Positions 35,842 through 46,760 are shown, numbered from the stretch's first letter. The stretch is 64,000 nt of DNA from an uncultured candidatus Porisulfidus sp. (GCA_963668445.1 OY764335.1:918346-982345); one strand, 5' to 3'. Translations and numbers: made by a program. Notes: generated by a model from the letters alone, not told the origin.

Positions 35842-37721
35842 AGATGCCCGATCAGCACATGTACGCCGCAGCGGGCCTGAGCCTGCTCGCGATCCTGTTC
35901 GTCTCCAGCATCATGTTCAGCAATCTGGTGCTAGACAATCTGCGCCTAGACCTTACGGAGCAAAAACTGTATACCGTCAACGAAGGCACCTTGAAGGTTC
36001 TGGGAGGCATTCAGCAGCCCATCAACTTGTACCTGTTCTTTTCCGATCAGGCCAGCTCCGACAACACCTATTTGCGCAACTACGCCCGCCGCGTGCGCGA
36101 ACTGCTGGAGGAGTATGCCTACTATGCGGACGGGCGGCTGACGCTGCAGGTGATCGACCCTGCTCCGTTCTCGGAAGAAGAGGACCGTGCGACGGAATTC
36201 AATCTGAGTGCCGTTCCGACGCAGCAGGGAAACAACCTCTACTTCGGCCTGGTTGGCACGAATGCTGTCGATGATGTTGAAATTATTGAATTTTTTCAGC
36301 CGGAGCGCGAAGCGTATCTGGAATACGACATCAGCCAGTTGATCTACGCGCTGACGCATCCGGCCAAACCGGTCGTCGGCGTCCTGACCGGACTTCAGAT
36401 GTTCGGCGGATTCGATCTCGGGGCGCAGCGCTCCACGCCCGAATGGGCAATTTTGGACCATGTCAAGCGCACGTTCGAAGTGCGCCAGATCGATCCGGCC
36501 GACGGCACGGTCGATCCGGACATCCAGACGCTGATGCTGGCGCATCCCAAGCGACTGTCGCCGAAAACGCTTTACGCGACCGACCAGTTCGTGATGCGCG
36601 GCGGGCGCATGCTGCTGCTGGTGGATCCGTACGCGGACAAGGATCCGATGTTCCAGCAGGCCAGCAACCCGCCCGAGTCCGGCGGCATTCAGGCATCCGA
36701 CAGCGTCGAACTGCTGGCGGCCTGGGGCTTGCGCATGGATACGGAGCAGATTGCGGCGGACCGCACTTTGGCGCTGCCGGTGCAAAGCCCCGGTCAAAGG
36801 CGCACGGTGCGTCATGCTTCGTTCCTCAACGTGCATGCGCAAGCCATCAATCGCAACAACCTGATTACCGCGCAGCTGTCCAGGGTCATGATGGGCTTTC
36901 CTGGACATCTTGAGCAGGCGGAAGGATTCGAAGGCGAATTCATCCCATTGCTGACCACGACCGAAGACTCCAAAACGATTCACAAGCAACACTACCGCTA
37001 CCTGCCGGATCCTTCAACCCTGATGCAAGGATTCGAGCCGGGCGGAACTCCGCTGACACTGGCCGCATGGGTGCGCGCCCGACCCCGAAGCCTCTTCCCG
37101 GATGGGCCGCCGGAAGGCGCGGAAGAACCGGCCGACGGCCACCGCGCCGCTGCCGAAGAAGCCGTGGATGCGATTGTGGTCGCCGACAGCGACATGCTGT
37201 CGGACACGCTGTGGGCTCAGGTGCAGAGCTTCTTCGGGCAGCGGGTCGTCCAGCCGTGGGCCAACAACGGGGATTTCATCGTCAATGCGCTGGAAAGCCT
37301 GGGGGGCAGCAGCGATCTGATCGGATTGCGCGGCCGGGCACGATTCTCACGGCCGTTCCATGTCGTTGACGGTCTGCGGCGGCAAGCGGAGGGTCGCCTG
37401 CATCTCAAGGAAGAGGAGTTGAAGACGCGTTTGCAAGAAGCGGAGCAGAAGATCGCGCAGCTGCAGCAGCTCAAGCAGGACGAGGACCAGAACCTGCTTA
37501 CCGAACAGCAGCGGGCGGAAATTATCTCCTATCAGCAGGAGCGGGCGCGGATCCGGCGGGAATTGCGTTCGGTCCGGCATGAATTGGATCGTGACATCCA
37601 GCGGCTGGGCTTCGCCTTGCGCTTGATTAACATCTGGCTGATGCCCATCCTTCTGACAGCCGCCGCCATCGGCTTGTGGATGTTCCAGCGCCGCCGCCGC
37701 GCCCAGCGAGTCGCTTCATGA
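35838..37721 (+). CDS. GldG-family ABC-transporter auxiliary protein
   Basis: N-terminal TM, large periplasmic domain, C-terminal coiled coil plus TM; ATGA overlap with the permease; characteristic GldG architecture. Confidence 0.7.
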   Translation: MKMPDQHMYAAAGLSLLAILFVSSIMFSNLVLDNLRLDLTEQKLYTVNEGTLKVLGGIQQPINLYLFFSDQASSDNTYLRNYARRVRELLEEYAYYADGRLTLQVIDPAPFSEEEDRATEFNLSAVPTQQGNNLYFGLVGTNAVDDVEIIEFFQPEREAYLEYDISQLIYALTHPAKPVVGVLTGLQMFGGFDLGAQRSTPEWAILDHVKRTFEVRQIDPADGTVDPDIQTLMLAHPKRLSPKTLYATDQFVMRGGRMLLLVDPYADKDPMFQQASNPPESGGIQASDSVELLAAWGLRMDTEQIAADRTLALPVQSPGQRRTVRHASFLNVHAQAINRNNLITAQLSRVMMGFPGHLEQAEGFEGEFIPLLTTTEDSKTIHKQHYRYLPDPSTLMQGFEPGGTPLTLAAWVRARPRSLFPDGPPEGAEEPADGHRAAAEEAVDAIVVADSDMLSDTLWAQVQSFFGQRVVQPWANNGDFIVNALESLGGSSDLIGLRGRARFSRPFHVVDGLRRQAEGRLHLKEEELKTRLQEAEQKIAQLQQLKQDEDQNLLTEQQRAEIISYQQERARIRRELRSVRHELDRDIQRLGFALRLINIWLMPILLTAAAIGLWMFQRRRRAQRVAS

Positions 37722-38734
37722 ACGCCCGCGAATTCAAAATCCTCGCCGCCCTGACGGGCACCATGCTGGTGCTGACCATCATGGCCTACAGCGTCTTCCA
37801 TCGCACGGCCGACCATGAGTACGCCGGGGAGTTATGGCTGGAGGCGCTTGACGTCAATACGGTGACGCGCATCGAAGTTCACGGTCCGGAAGAAGCCGAG
37901 CAGGTGTCTCTGGAGCGGCGCCCGGAAGGTTGGGGCGTCGTGCAGCGCCGGCACTACCCGGCGCAAGTCGGCATGATCCGCCGTTTGCTTCTGGACTTAT
38001 CGGAAGCGAAATTGTTCGAGCGCAAGACCGACAATCCGGAGCAGCACGCGCAACTGGGCCTAGGGCGCATTGACGAGCCCGGTGCTGTAGGGCAGCAGGT
38101 CGCGCTGCATTTTGAAGGCGGTGGCCTGACGGTGCGCATCGGCTCCAGGCCGAGCGGGCGCAATTCGACTTACGTGCGCACTGCCGGCGACGATCAGGCG
38201 TGGCTGGTGGACCGCACATTCACGATTCCTGCGGAGCCGCGCCGTTGGCTGGAGCCGACGCTGCTGGACATCGGCATGGAGCAGATCGAGCGTATCCGCA
38301 TTGAACATCCGGATGGCGAGGTCATTGAAGGGCAACGGGCGACGGACGAAGGCGGAGTGCGGTTTGATGTGCTGCGCGTGCCGGCCGGGCGGAGCCTCAA
38401 GAACGAGTTCATCTTGAGCCGCGCCGCCGGTTCTATCGCGAGCCTGTCGCTGGAGGATGTGATGCCCGTGGATCAGGCGCGCGAATATGTGCAGGATGCG
38501 TCGCGCATCACGTATGCCATCCAGCGTGGCTACGCACTGGAAGCGCAATTGTTTGTGCGGGACATCGAGCGGTATGCGGTGTTCTCGATTCGCGTACAGG
38601 AAGATGCCGCCGAAGAGGCTCGCGCGGAAGCGGAGCAGTTGGCAGGGCATGTGCGGGACTGGGCCTTCCGCATCCCCTCGTTCGCCTACGACAGCATGGT
38701 GCTGCGCTGGTCCGATATTCTGAACGAGGAGTAG
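37718..38734 (+). CDS. DUF4340-domain protein (partner of GldG-type ABC systems)
   Basis: N-terminal TM plus about 310-aa periplasmic region; ATGA overlap with the GldG-like gene. Confidence 0.6.
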   Translation: MNAREFKILAALTGTMLVLTIMAYSVFHRTADHEYAGELWLEALDVNTVTRIEVHGPEEAEQVSLERRPEGWGVVQRRHYPAQVGMIRRLLLDLSEAKLFERKTDNPEQHAQLGLGRIDEPGAVGQQVALHFEGGGLTVRIGSRPSGRNSTYVRTAGDDQAWLVDRTFTIPAEPRRWLEPTLLDIGMEQIERIRIEHPDGEVIEGQRATDEGGVRFDVLRVPAGRSLKNEFILSRAAGSIASLSLEDVMPVDQAREYVQDASRITYAIQRGYALEAQLFVRDIERYAVFSIRVQEDAAEEARAEAEQLAGHVRDWAFRIPSFAYDSMVLRWSDILNEE

Positions 38735-38737
38735 CCG

Positions 38738-39706
<969 letters not shown>

Positions 39707-39897
39707 TTACGGGAGCGTTGCCCCGCTGCAGCGCAAATGTGCGGTTTTGCGGCTTTGCCGCATGCTGCGGTGCCATCGAGAGGCTTACGGACAGGCGGCC
39801 CTTGTCCTATAATGCCAGCGGAATCGGACGCTTTCCCATCTTGAAGAAACCTCTGCCCAAGCGCGCAAAGCGGAAGCCCGCTCCGCGGCCTTCCATC

Positions 39898-42153
39898 ATG
39901 GCGCCGGTGATTCGCGAAGGCGCCTTGCTCGTGTGCGCCGCGCTCTCGGTCTATCTGCTGGTGGCGCTGGCATCGTACCATCCCGACGACCCGAATTGGG
40001 TCGATACGGGGCAGGGCGGGATTCGCAACGCCGCCGGCCAGGTCGGTGCCGTTCTCGCCGGCGTCTTGCTGGCTCTCGCCGGCCACATCGCCTACCTCAT
40101 CCCGGTCATGCTCGGCTATGCCGGCTGGCTGGTCTACCGCCAGCGGCGCATGACCCCCGAGGATCTAGGGCGCCGCCGCTGGAGCATCTCCGCCATTCGC
40201 TGGCTCGGGTTCGGCATGACCCTGGGCGCAGCTTGCGCACTCTCCAGCATCTATGTGCTGACGGGAGCACTGCCGGTCGGAGGGGGCGGCCTCATCGGGC
40301 AAGAGGTCGCAAGCACTTTCATTGCGGCGTTCAATGCGGTCGGGGCCACGGTGCTCCTGCTTGCTTTGCTACTGACCGGAGTGACGCTGTGGACCGGCTT
40401 TTCCTGGCTGCAAGCGGTGGATGCCGTGGGGAAGCTTTTCTGGATCTTGGGCGGTTTCAGCATTGCCGCAGTACGGCGAGTACGGGAATATTGGGAAGAC
40501 CGGCACAATCGCCAGCAGCGTGCGGAACAGCGCATTCGGATCCGGCAGCGCCGGAAAGAGCGCAAGGAGAAGACCCGGATCGAGCCCAAGATCAGAATTG
40601 AGCCGGACATCAAGCGGGTTGCTCGGGAAAAACAGATTTCCCTGCCCATAGTTCCAAGTTCGGCCGAGTTGCCGCCGCTGGATTTGCTGGACAAGCCGCT
40701 GGAAAGCGGCGCAGGATATTCCGAAGAGACGCTGAGCAACATGTCGCAGCAGATTGAGATGAAAATGGAAGAGTTCAAGATCGAAGTTTCGGTTGTCGCC
40801 GTGACGCCAGGCCCGATCGTGACACGCTTCGATCTGGAACCGGCCCCCGGAGTGCGCGGCAGCAAGATCAGCAGCTACGCAAAGGATCTGGCACGGGCCC
40901 TGTCGGTGGTCAGCATTCGGGTGGAAGAGGTCGTGGAGGGCAAATCGGTCATTGGCTTGGAGGTGCCGAACGATGATCGAGAAATGGTGCTGGCGAGCGA
41001 AATTCTTCATTCCGCCGCGTTCAACAATTCCTCCTCCTTGCTGACGCTGGCACTGGGCAAGAGCATCAGCGGCCAACCAATCGTCTGCGACTTGGCGAAA
41101 ATGCCGCATCTGCTGGTGGCAGGCACGACCGGCTCGGGCAAATCGGTCGCCATCAACACCATGATCATGAGTCTGCTCTATAAGGCATTGCCGAAGGATC
41201 TGCGGCTGATTCTGATCGACCCAAAAATGCTGGAACTCGGCATCTACGGAGGCATTCCGCACCTGCTGACGCCGGTGGTGACGGACATGAAGCAGGCGGC
41301 GAATGCGCTGCTGTGGTGTGTGGGGGAGATGGAGCGCCGCTATGCGGTGATGGCGAAACTTGGCGTCCGCAATCTGGACGGCTACAACAGCAAGATCGGG
41401 AAGGCGGAGCAGGAAGGCGAGCCGCTGCGCGATCCGACATTTGCAAGCGCGGGCGAGGAAGAGGAAGCGCCGCTGCTGGAACGCATGCCCTACATCGTCG
41501 TCGTCATTGACGAGTTTGCGGACATGATGATGGTCGTCGGCAAGAAGGTCGAAGAATACATCATCCGTTTGGCGCAAAAGGCGAGGGCGGCCGGCATCCA
41601 TCTCGTGCTGGCCACCCAGCGTCCTACCCGGGAAGTCGTCACGGGCCTGATCAAATCCAACATTCCGGCGCGCATTTCCTTCCGCGTCGCCTCCAATGTC
41701 GATTCGCGCACGATCCTCGACCAGATCGGCGCCGAGCAGCTGCTCGGGCACGGCGACATGCTGTTCATGGATGCCGGCAGCTCCTTGCCGAAGCGGGTGC
41801 ACGGCGCATTCATTTCCATCGATGAAGTCAATCTGGTCACCAAGCATCTGCGCGAGCATGGCGGAGAGCCCAACTATCTGGACGACGTGGTTCAGGAAGG
41901 TACCAGCACCCTGCTGCCTGGGCAATCCGACGAGAGTGGCGGCGATGGCGAAGCCGACCCGCTGTACCAGCAGGCGGTCGAAGTGGTCGTGCGGGACCGC
42001 AAGGCTTCCGTCTCCTACCTGCAGCGCCGGCTCAAAATCGGCTACAACCGGGCGGCCCGCATGATCGAGGAAATGGAAGAGGCGCAGATCGTCGGGGCCG
42101 TACAATCCTCCGGCGTGCGCGAAGTGTTGGCACCTGCGCCGGACGACTCGTAA
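39898..42153 (+). CDS. ftsK: DNA translocase FtsK
   Basis: N-terminal 4-TM domain, Pro/Lys-rich linker, motor domain with Walker A GTTGSGKS, C-terminal gamma winged helix; start uncertain (an in-frame TTG at 39841 is also possible). Confidence 0.9.
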   Translation: MAPVIREGALLVCAALSVYLLVALASYHPDDPNWVDTGQGGIRNAAGQVGAVLAGVLLALAGHIAYLIPVMLGYAGWLVYRQRRMTPEDLGRRRWSISAIRWLGFGMTLGAACALSSIYVLTGALPVGGGGLIGQEVASTFIAAFNAVGATVLLLALLLTGVTLWTGFSWLQAVDAVGKLFWILGGFSIAAVRRVREYWEDRHNRQQRAEQRIRIRQRRKERKEKTRIEPKIRIEPDIKRVAREKQISLPIVPSSAELPPLDLLDKPLESGAGYSEETLSNMSQQIEMKMEEFKIEVSVVAVTPGPIVTRFDLEPAPGVRGSKISSYAKDLARALSVVSIRVEEVVEGKSVIGLEVPNDDREMVLASEILHSAAFNNSSSLLTLALGKSISGQPIVCDLAKMPHLLVAGTTGSGKSVAINTMIMSLLYKALPKDLRLILIDPKMLELGIYGGIPHLLTPVVTDMKQAANALLWCVGEMERRYAVMAKLGVRNLDGYNSKIGKAEQEGEPLRDPTFASAGEEEEAPLLERMPYIVVVIDEFADMMMVVGKKVEEYIIRLAQKARAAGIHLVLATQRPTREVVTGLIKSNIPARISFRVASNVDSRTILDQIGAEQLLGHGDMLFMDAGSSLPKRVHGAFISIDEVNLVTKHLREHGGEPNYLDDVVQEGTSTLLPGQSDESGGDGEADPLYQQAVEVVVRDRKASVSYLQRRLKIGYNRAARMIEEMEEAQIVGAVQSSGVREVLAPAPDDS

Positions 42154-42794
42154 TGCTGCGGACTGGCGGCTGGCGGTTGGCTGGCTTGGCCGCGATGCTC
42201 GGCACGGCAGGCATGCCGTGCGCGGCGACGGAATCCGGAGAGCCGCTGCGGCAATTCCTTGAGGAAACGCGCGCCATCGCCGCATCCTTCGAGCAATCGG
42301 TCACCAGTGCCGAAGGCGAACTGCTGACGACCGGCCACGGCCGCATGAGCCTGCAACGCCCGGATCGGCTGCGCTGGAACCACGAAAGCCCGGAGCCGCT
42401 GGAACTGGTCGCAGACGGCCTGAACTTCTGGTCTTACGACCCGTTTTTAGCGCAGGCCACCGTGATGCCTCTCGCCGAAGCCACGCGCCAGACCCCATTG
42501 GCCGTGCTGATCGGGCAGCAAACATGGGAGGAATCGTTCCGCGTCGTGGAGACGGCGCATCGTGACGGGGTCGATTGGATGGCATTGCGTCCGCGCACCG
42601 GCGAAGAGCAGGCAGGCGATATCCAGATAGGCCTGAAGGCCGGAGTGCTCCGCGAGTTGCGCTTTGCCAATCAGTTCGGGCAGATCGTCCACATACGATT
42701 GGCGCAGATAGAGATCAACCCGCCGTTGGACGACGACCACTTCGATTTCCACCCGCCGCCCGGCACCGACATCCTAGGCACGCCGGCGCGATGA
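42153..42794 (+). CDS. lolA: Outer-membrane lipoprotein carrier protein LolA
   Basis: Signal peptide plus the LolA fold sequence; conserved ftsK-lolA-rarA order. Confidence 0.85.
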   Translation: MLRTGGWRLAGLAAMLGTAGMPCAATESGEPLRQFLEETRAIAASFEQSVTSAEGELLTTGHGRMSLQRPDRLRWNHESPEPLELVADGLNFWSYDPFLAQATVMPLAEATRQTPLAVLIGQQTWEESFRVVETAHRDGVDWMALRPRTGEEQAGDIQIGLKAGVLRELRFANQFGQIVHIRLAQIEINPPLDDDHFDFHPPPGTDILGTPAR

Positions 42795-44116
42795 CCGAAC
42801 TGTTCGAATCGGGCAACGAGTTCCGCCCTTTGGCCGACCGGATGCGTCCGCGCAGCTTGGAGGAGTATGCCGGACAGCAGCATTTGCTCGCCCCGGATCT
42901 TCCGCTCCAACAGGCCATCCTTGCCGGCAAGCTGCATTCGATGGTGTTCTGGGGGCCGCCTGGCACTGGCAAGACGACTTTGGCGCAACTGATCAGCCAT
43001 TACGCGCAAGCCCGGTTCGTTAGCCTGTCGGCGGTTCTAGCCGGCGTCAAGGAAATTCGCGAGGCGATTGCCGGCGCTCGCGAAGCGCAAACGCTGCATC
43101 AGCAGGCGACCGTCCTGTTCATCGACGAAATCCATCGCCTCAACAAGGCCCAGCAGGATGTGTTCCTGCCGCATATCGAGGACGGTACGATCTTCCTGCT
43201 CGGCGCGACCACCGAAAATCCTTCGTTCGAATTGAACAACGCCTTGCTGTCCCGTGTCCGCGTCTACGTCCTGAAGATTTTGGAGAGCGCCGATCTCGAA
43301 CAGGTGCTGGATCGGGCGCTGGCCGATGAGGAACGGGGGGCGGGGGCGCTGTCCCCGGTATTGGACGGCGATGCTCGAGAGTTGCTGATTCGGGCGGCGG
43401 ACGGCGATGCCCGCATCCTCCTGAACCTTCTGGAGATCGGATTGGATCTCGCCGAAGAGCGGGAGGAGGGCAAAGTCGTCGATGCGGATGTCGTGCGGCA
43501 GGTGGCCAGCCAAGGTGTGCGGCGCTTCGACAAGGGCGGCGAATACTTCTACGACCAGATTTCGGCACTGCACAAATCCGTGCGCGGCTCCGATCCGGAT
43601 GCCGCCTTGTACTGGCTGTGCCGAATGCTGGACGGCGGCTGCGACCCGCACTACATCGCACGGCGCGTGGTGCGCATGGCCAGCGAGGATATCGGCAACG
43701 CCGCGCCGCAGGCCCTGAACCTCTGTCTGTCCGCTTGGCAGGCGTACGAGCGCCTAGGCTCCCCGGAAGGCGAATTGGCCATCGCTTCGGCGGTGATCTA
43801 TCTGGCCTGCGCCCCGAAAAGCAATGCGGCGTACATGGCCTACAAGGCCGCCATGGTGCGGGCGAAGGAATCCGGCACGCTGGAAGTGCCGATGCATCTG
43901 CGGAATGCGCCAACCCGGCTGATGAAGGAACTAGGCTACGGCAAGGACTACCGGTATGCGCACGACCACGAAGGCGGCTATGTGCCGGACGAAGTGTATC
44001 TGCCGGAGGAATTGCAGGGGGCCGCGTTCTACCATCCGGTCGACCGGGGCCAGGAGAAGGCCGTGGCCGTGTGGCTGCAGAAGGTGCGCGACAAGGTGCG
44101 CGAAGAAGCCAATTAG
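42791..44116 (+). CDS. rarA: Replication-associated recombination protein A (RarA/MgsA AAA+ ATPase)
   Basis: Walker A GPPGTGKTTLA, Walker [11 protein letters not shown], MgsA C-terminal domain. Confidence 0.9.
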   Translation: MTELFESGNEFRPLADRMRPRSLEEYAGQQHLLAPDLPLQQAILAGKLHSMVFWGPPGTGKTTLAQLISHYAQARFVSLSAVLAGVKEIREAIAGAREAQTLHQQATVLFIDEIHRLNKAQQDVFLPHIEDGTIFLLGATTENPSFELNNALLSRVRVYVLKILESADLEQVLDRALADEERGAGALSPVLDGDARELLIRAADGDARILLNLLEIGLDLAEEREEGKVVDADVVRQVASQGVRRFDKGGEYFYDQISALHKSVRGSDPDAALYWLCRMLDGGCDPHYIARRVVRMASEDIGNAAPQALNLCLSAWQAYERLGSPEGELAIASAVIYLACAPKSNAAYMAYKAAMVRAKESGTLEVPMHLRNAPTRLMKELGYGKDYRYAHDHEGGYVPDEVYLPEELQGAAFYHPVDRGQEKAVAVWLQKVRDKVREEAN

Positions 44117-44597
44117 GCCGAGCATGCCCCTTTCCAAGACGCGGCGGAGCAGATGCCGCATACCCTAAAAAATAATTTAGGAAAGCGTAATAATATATTG
44201 TTTAAAAAATATTTTTCAGCTCCAAATACGTGCGTTTCGGCGACGGCATAGCCCAAGCCTTGCCAAACTCGGCACTGTTTTACCGGCTTAATTCAGAGGA
44301 GGCTGCACTCACGATAGCTTTAGTGGGTCTTCCGGGTTTTGTGGAACGCGAATTTCAGGACGCGAGCCCCGAACCACCTCCCCCCGCCACTGGCAGTTCG
44401 CGCAGCTAGGCGTGGTCCTTGCTGCGGCGCAGGGCGGTGAACTTCCCGCTCAGGTCGAAGAAGGAGAAGGACGGCTTCGGGCCGCGGTTTTCGCGCCACG
44501 CCTGCATGGCATCCTCGTTCTCGCCGATGGCCTGATTCCAGAGGTAGCGATTGGCACCGGCGATGCGGGCTCCGTTCGTGCATGGGCACTTTCCACA

Positions 44598-46089
44598 TTA
44601 CGGAGTCCTGAAGACCCGCTTTAGCGCATCCTTCAACGTCTGGCCTTTGGCGGTTAGCCGGTATTTTTGTTGGCGATAATTCGGCTGGTCCGGAATAGTC
44701 ATTTCGATAAGGCCTTTTCCAAGGCTGGCCAAATATAGCGCAGGAGCACGTTCGCCCGGTCCTTAAGTCCTAGAATCTGCATGATTTCGGATCGGGTATG
44801 CTCGTTATCAAGGGTCAAGACGAGTTTTTCGACCTTCGAGTTTCTTGTAGGGTTTTCTTCGAAGTTTGGCTGGATTCCGGGCTATGAGCCTCGGCTTTCC
44901 TCGCAAAAGTCATGGTTACCCAGGACTCGGAAACATCGATCAGCGGCTCAGCTGCCCCATAGTCGCGGCATAGTTGGAGCATGCGCCGTATGCCGCTGCC
45001 AATCTGTTCGACGAGGCCCATGCGGTGGAACATACCGAACAGGAGCGGATTTCGGGGAACGCTTTTCATGCCGAGATTTTCTTCGTGCATTCCGGCCGGC
45101 AAACCTCCCGGGGTCACGATTTCAAGGAGGTCGCGGAAGATGTAGACCTGCACATTCGCCGTGGAGCGGTAATCCCGGTGCGCGATGGCGTTGACCAGAG
45201 CTTCGCGCAGCGCATCTTCGGGCAATTCCAAGCGTTCATGACGGCCCAGAGCGTGCAGAATCAATTCCGTGTTCAATTTGGACTGGATGCACGCGATGCA
45301 GTCTTCGTAAATGGAGAAGAGGTCGCGGGTGAAGTCCTTGCAGTCCAGAATCCGCGTTTTGGTCGTTCCCTGGAACAAGGCGCAAGTCACTCCGGCGCGC
45401 AAAGTGTGGCGCGTGATGTCGCCCGCGAGAAGCCATGCGCCGGCATGGGTCATGCCTCCGTTCTTCAGCAAATGCAGATTTGCCAAAGCCTCGCGGGGAG
45501 CCATGACTTCCGGAATTTTCGCGCGCTGTGCAAACCGCTTCCAGCTGGCATCCGTGAGGTCCTCTTCGACACGGAAACTTGCGCAGTGCGTCTCGTCGAA
45601 GCGGAGCAGTCCTTCCTTGAAGAAGAATTCTCGAATTTCGTCCCGCGTCAGCTGCTGGGAGTTTGCGCCCTTGCGCAGAAAGAACTTCCCGGCGTAGGAA
45701 TAGGGCTTTCCATGCTGTTCGGGAACTTGGACGCAGAGCACGCCTGCTGCCGACACGATGTCAATGGCGATGGGCGGGTCTGCCGACCGTGCGATAGTCT
45801 GCGCTTTGGATTTCAGTTCGTTATGCTTGCCGACGCCGACAATCTCCCCGTCATCCGCCACGCCGATCAGAACCGTGCCTCCGGTCGCATTCGCGAAAGC
45901 GCACAATTCACGGGCCAAATCGGCTGTGAAGGCGCGCTTGAACTCGATGGTGAAGCCTTCGCCAAGCGCGACGAGATCGGAAAGTTCCTGCCGTTTCGCA
46001 GTCGTTGTCGTGCCGTTTCGTGGCAAGTGGATTGGCGTAAAGGAGGTACCCGAATTATAGCCCACAGCGGCATACGCACGCGGAGCCAT
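44598..46089 (-). pseudogene. AlbA_2 (Schlafen-like) plus HATPase_c_4 putative regulator gene, disrupted by at least two frameshifts near the 3-prime end
   Basis: N-terminal AlbA_2 motif FTIEFKRAF...LCAFANATGGTVLIGVADDGEIVGV; the main ORF stops at 44815 but the conserved C-terminus continues in two other frames (LVLTLDNEHTRSEIMQILGLKDR... then GLIEMTIPDQPNYRQQKYRLTAKG) down to the TAA at 44598-44600; the ORF-track N-terminal 81 aa are antisense to tRNA-Ala and were rejected. Confidence 0.6.
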
Positions 46090-46182
46090 CACGGGCGGAA
46101 TGCGCCGGGCTGCAACCGATGAAGGAGAAGCCCGTGCGCATTGACAGGCTCCTGCCTGCATTGCACAATATGCGGGCCGCGT

Positions 46183-46258
<76 letters not shown>

Positions 46259-46382
46259 CGCGCATCCTGCTTGCCCTGCGGAAACTGCCAACGGCTCGAT
46301 GCCGGGCGGGAACGGGGGGCGCATTTTGGCATAATGGCATGGAATCCCGGCCCGAAATCCCGCTACTTCCTGCCTGACCGCC

Positions 46383-46760
46383 ATGCCGGCCGAACGCCCC
46401 GTATCGCCCCATCTGCATATCTATCGGCTGCCGATGGCGGCCGTGTTGTCAATCAGCCACCGCATCACCGGCGCTTTCCTGTCAGCCGTCGCTGTCGCCC
46501 TGTGCTTCATGCTGGCGGTGGCGGCCTATGCGCCTGAGGTTTGGAGATGCGTCGTGGCCGGCCTGCAGCATCCGCTCGGGCATCTCGTGCTGATCGTCTG
46601 GACATTCGCGCTGGCGTTCCACCTGTGCACCGGCATCCGGCATCTGGTCTGGGATACCGGCGTGGGCTTGGAGATGGCGGCTGTGCAGCGCAGCAATTGG
46701 CTGGTCCTGCTCGGCTCGATCGGCCTGACCGCCGCGGTTTGGGGGTGGATCTGCTTATGA
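46383..46760 (+). CDS. sdhC: Succinate dehydrogenase cytochrome b556 subunit
   Basis: [26 protein letters not shown] motif; three TM helices. Confidence 0.85.
   Translation: MPAERPVSPHLHIYRLPMAAVLSISHRITGAFLSAVAVALCFMLAVAAYAPEVWRCVVAGLQHPLGHLVLIVWTFALAFHLCTGIRHLVWDTGVGLEMAAVQRSNWLVLLGSIGLTAAVWGWICL

Noticed and set aside
39718-39897. ORF-track 5-prime extension of ftsK (MPRCSANVRFCGFAACCG...)
   Set aside because: Cys-rich low-complexity translation unlike FtsK N-termini; the start was placed at the ATG preceding the first TM helix (a TTG at 39841 remains possible).
44151-44172. Possible terminator hairpin GCGGCggagcagatGCCGC after rarA
   Set aside because: Short 5-bp stem followed by an A-rich, not T-rich, tract on the transcribed strand; not convincing as an intrinsic terminator.
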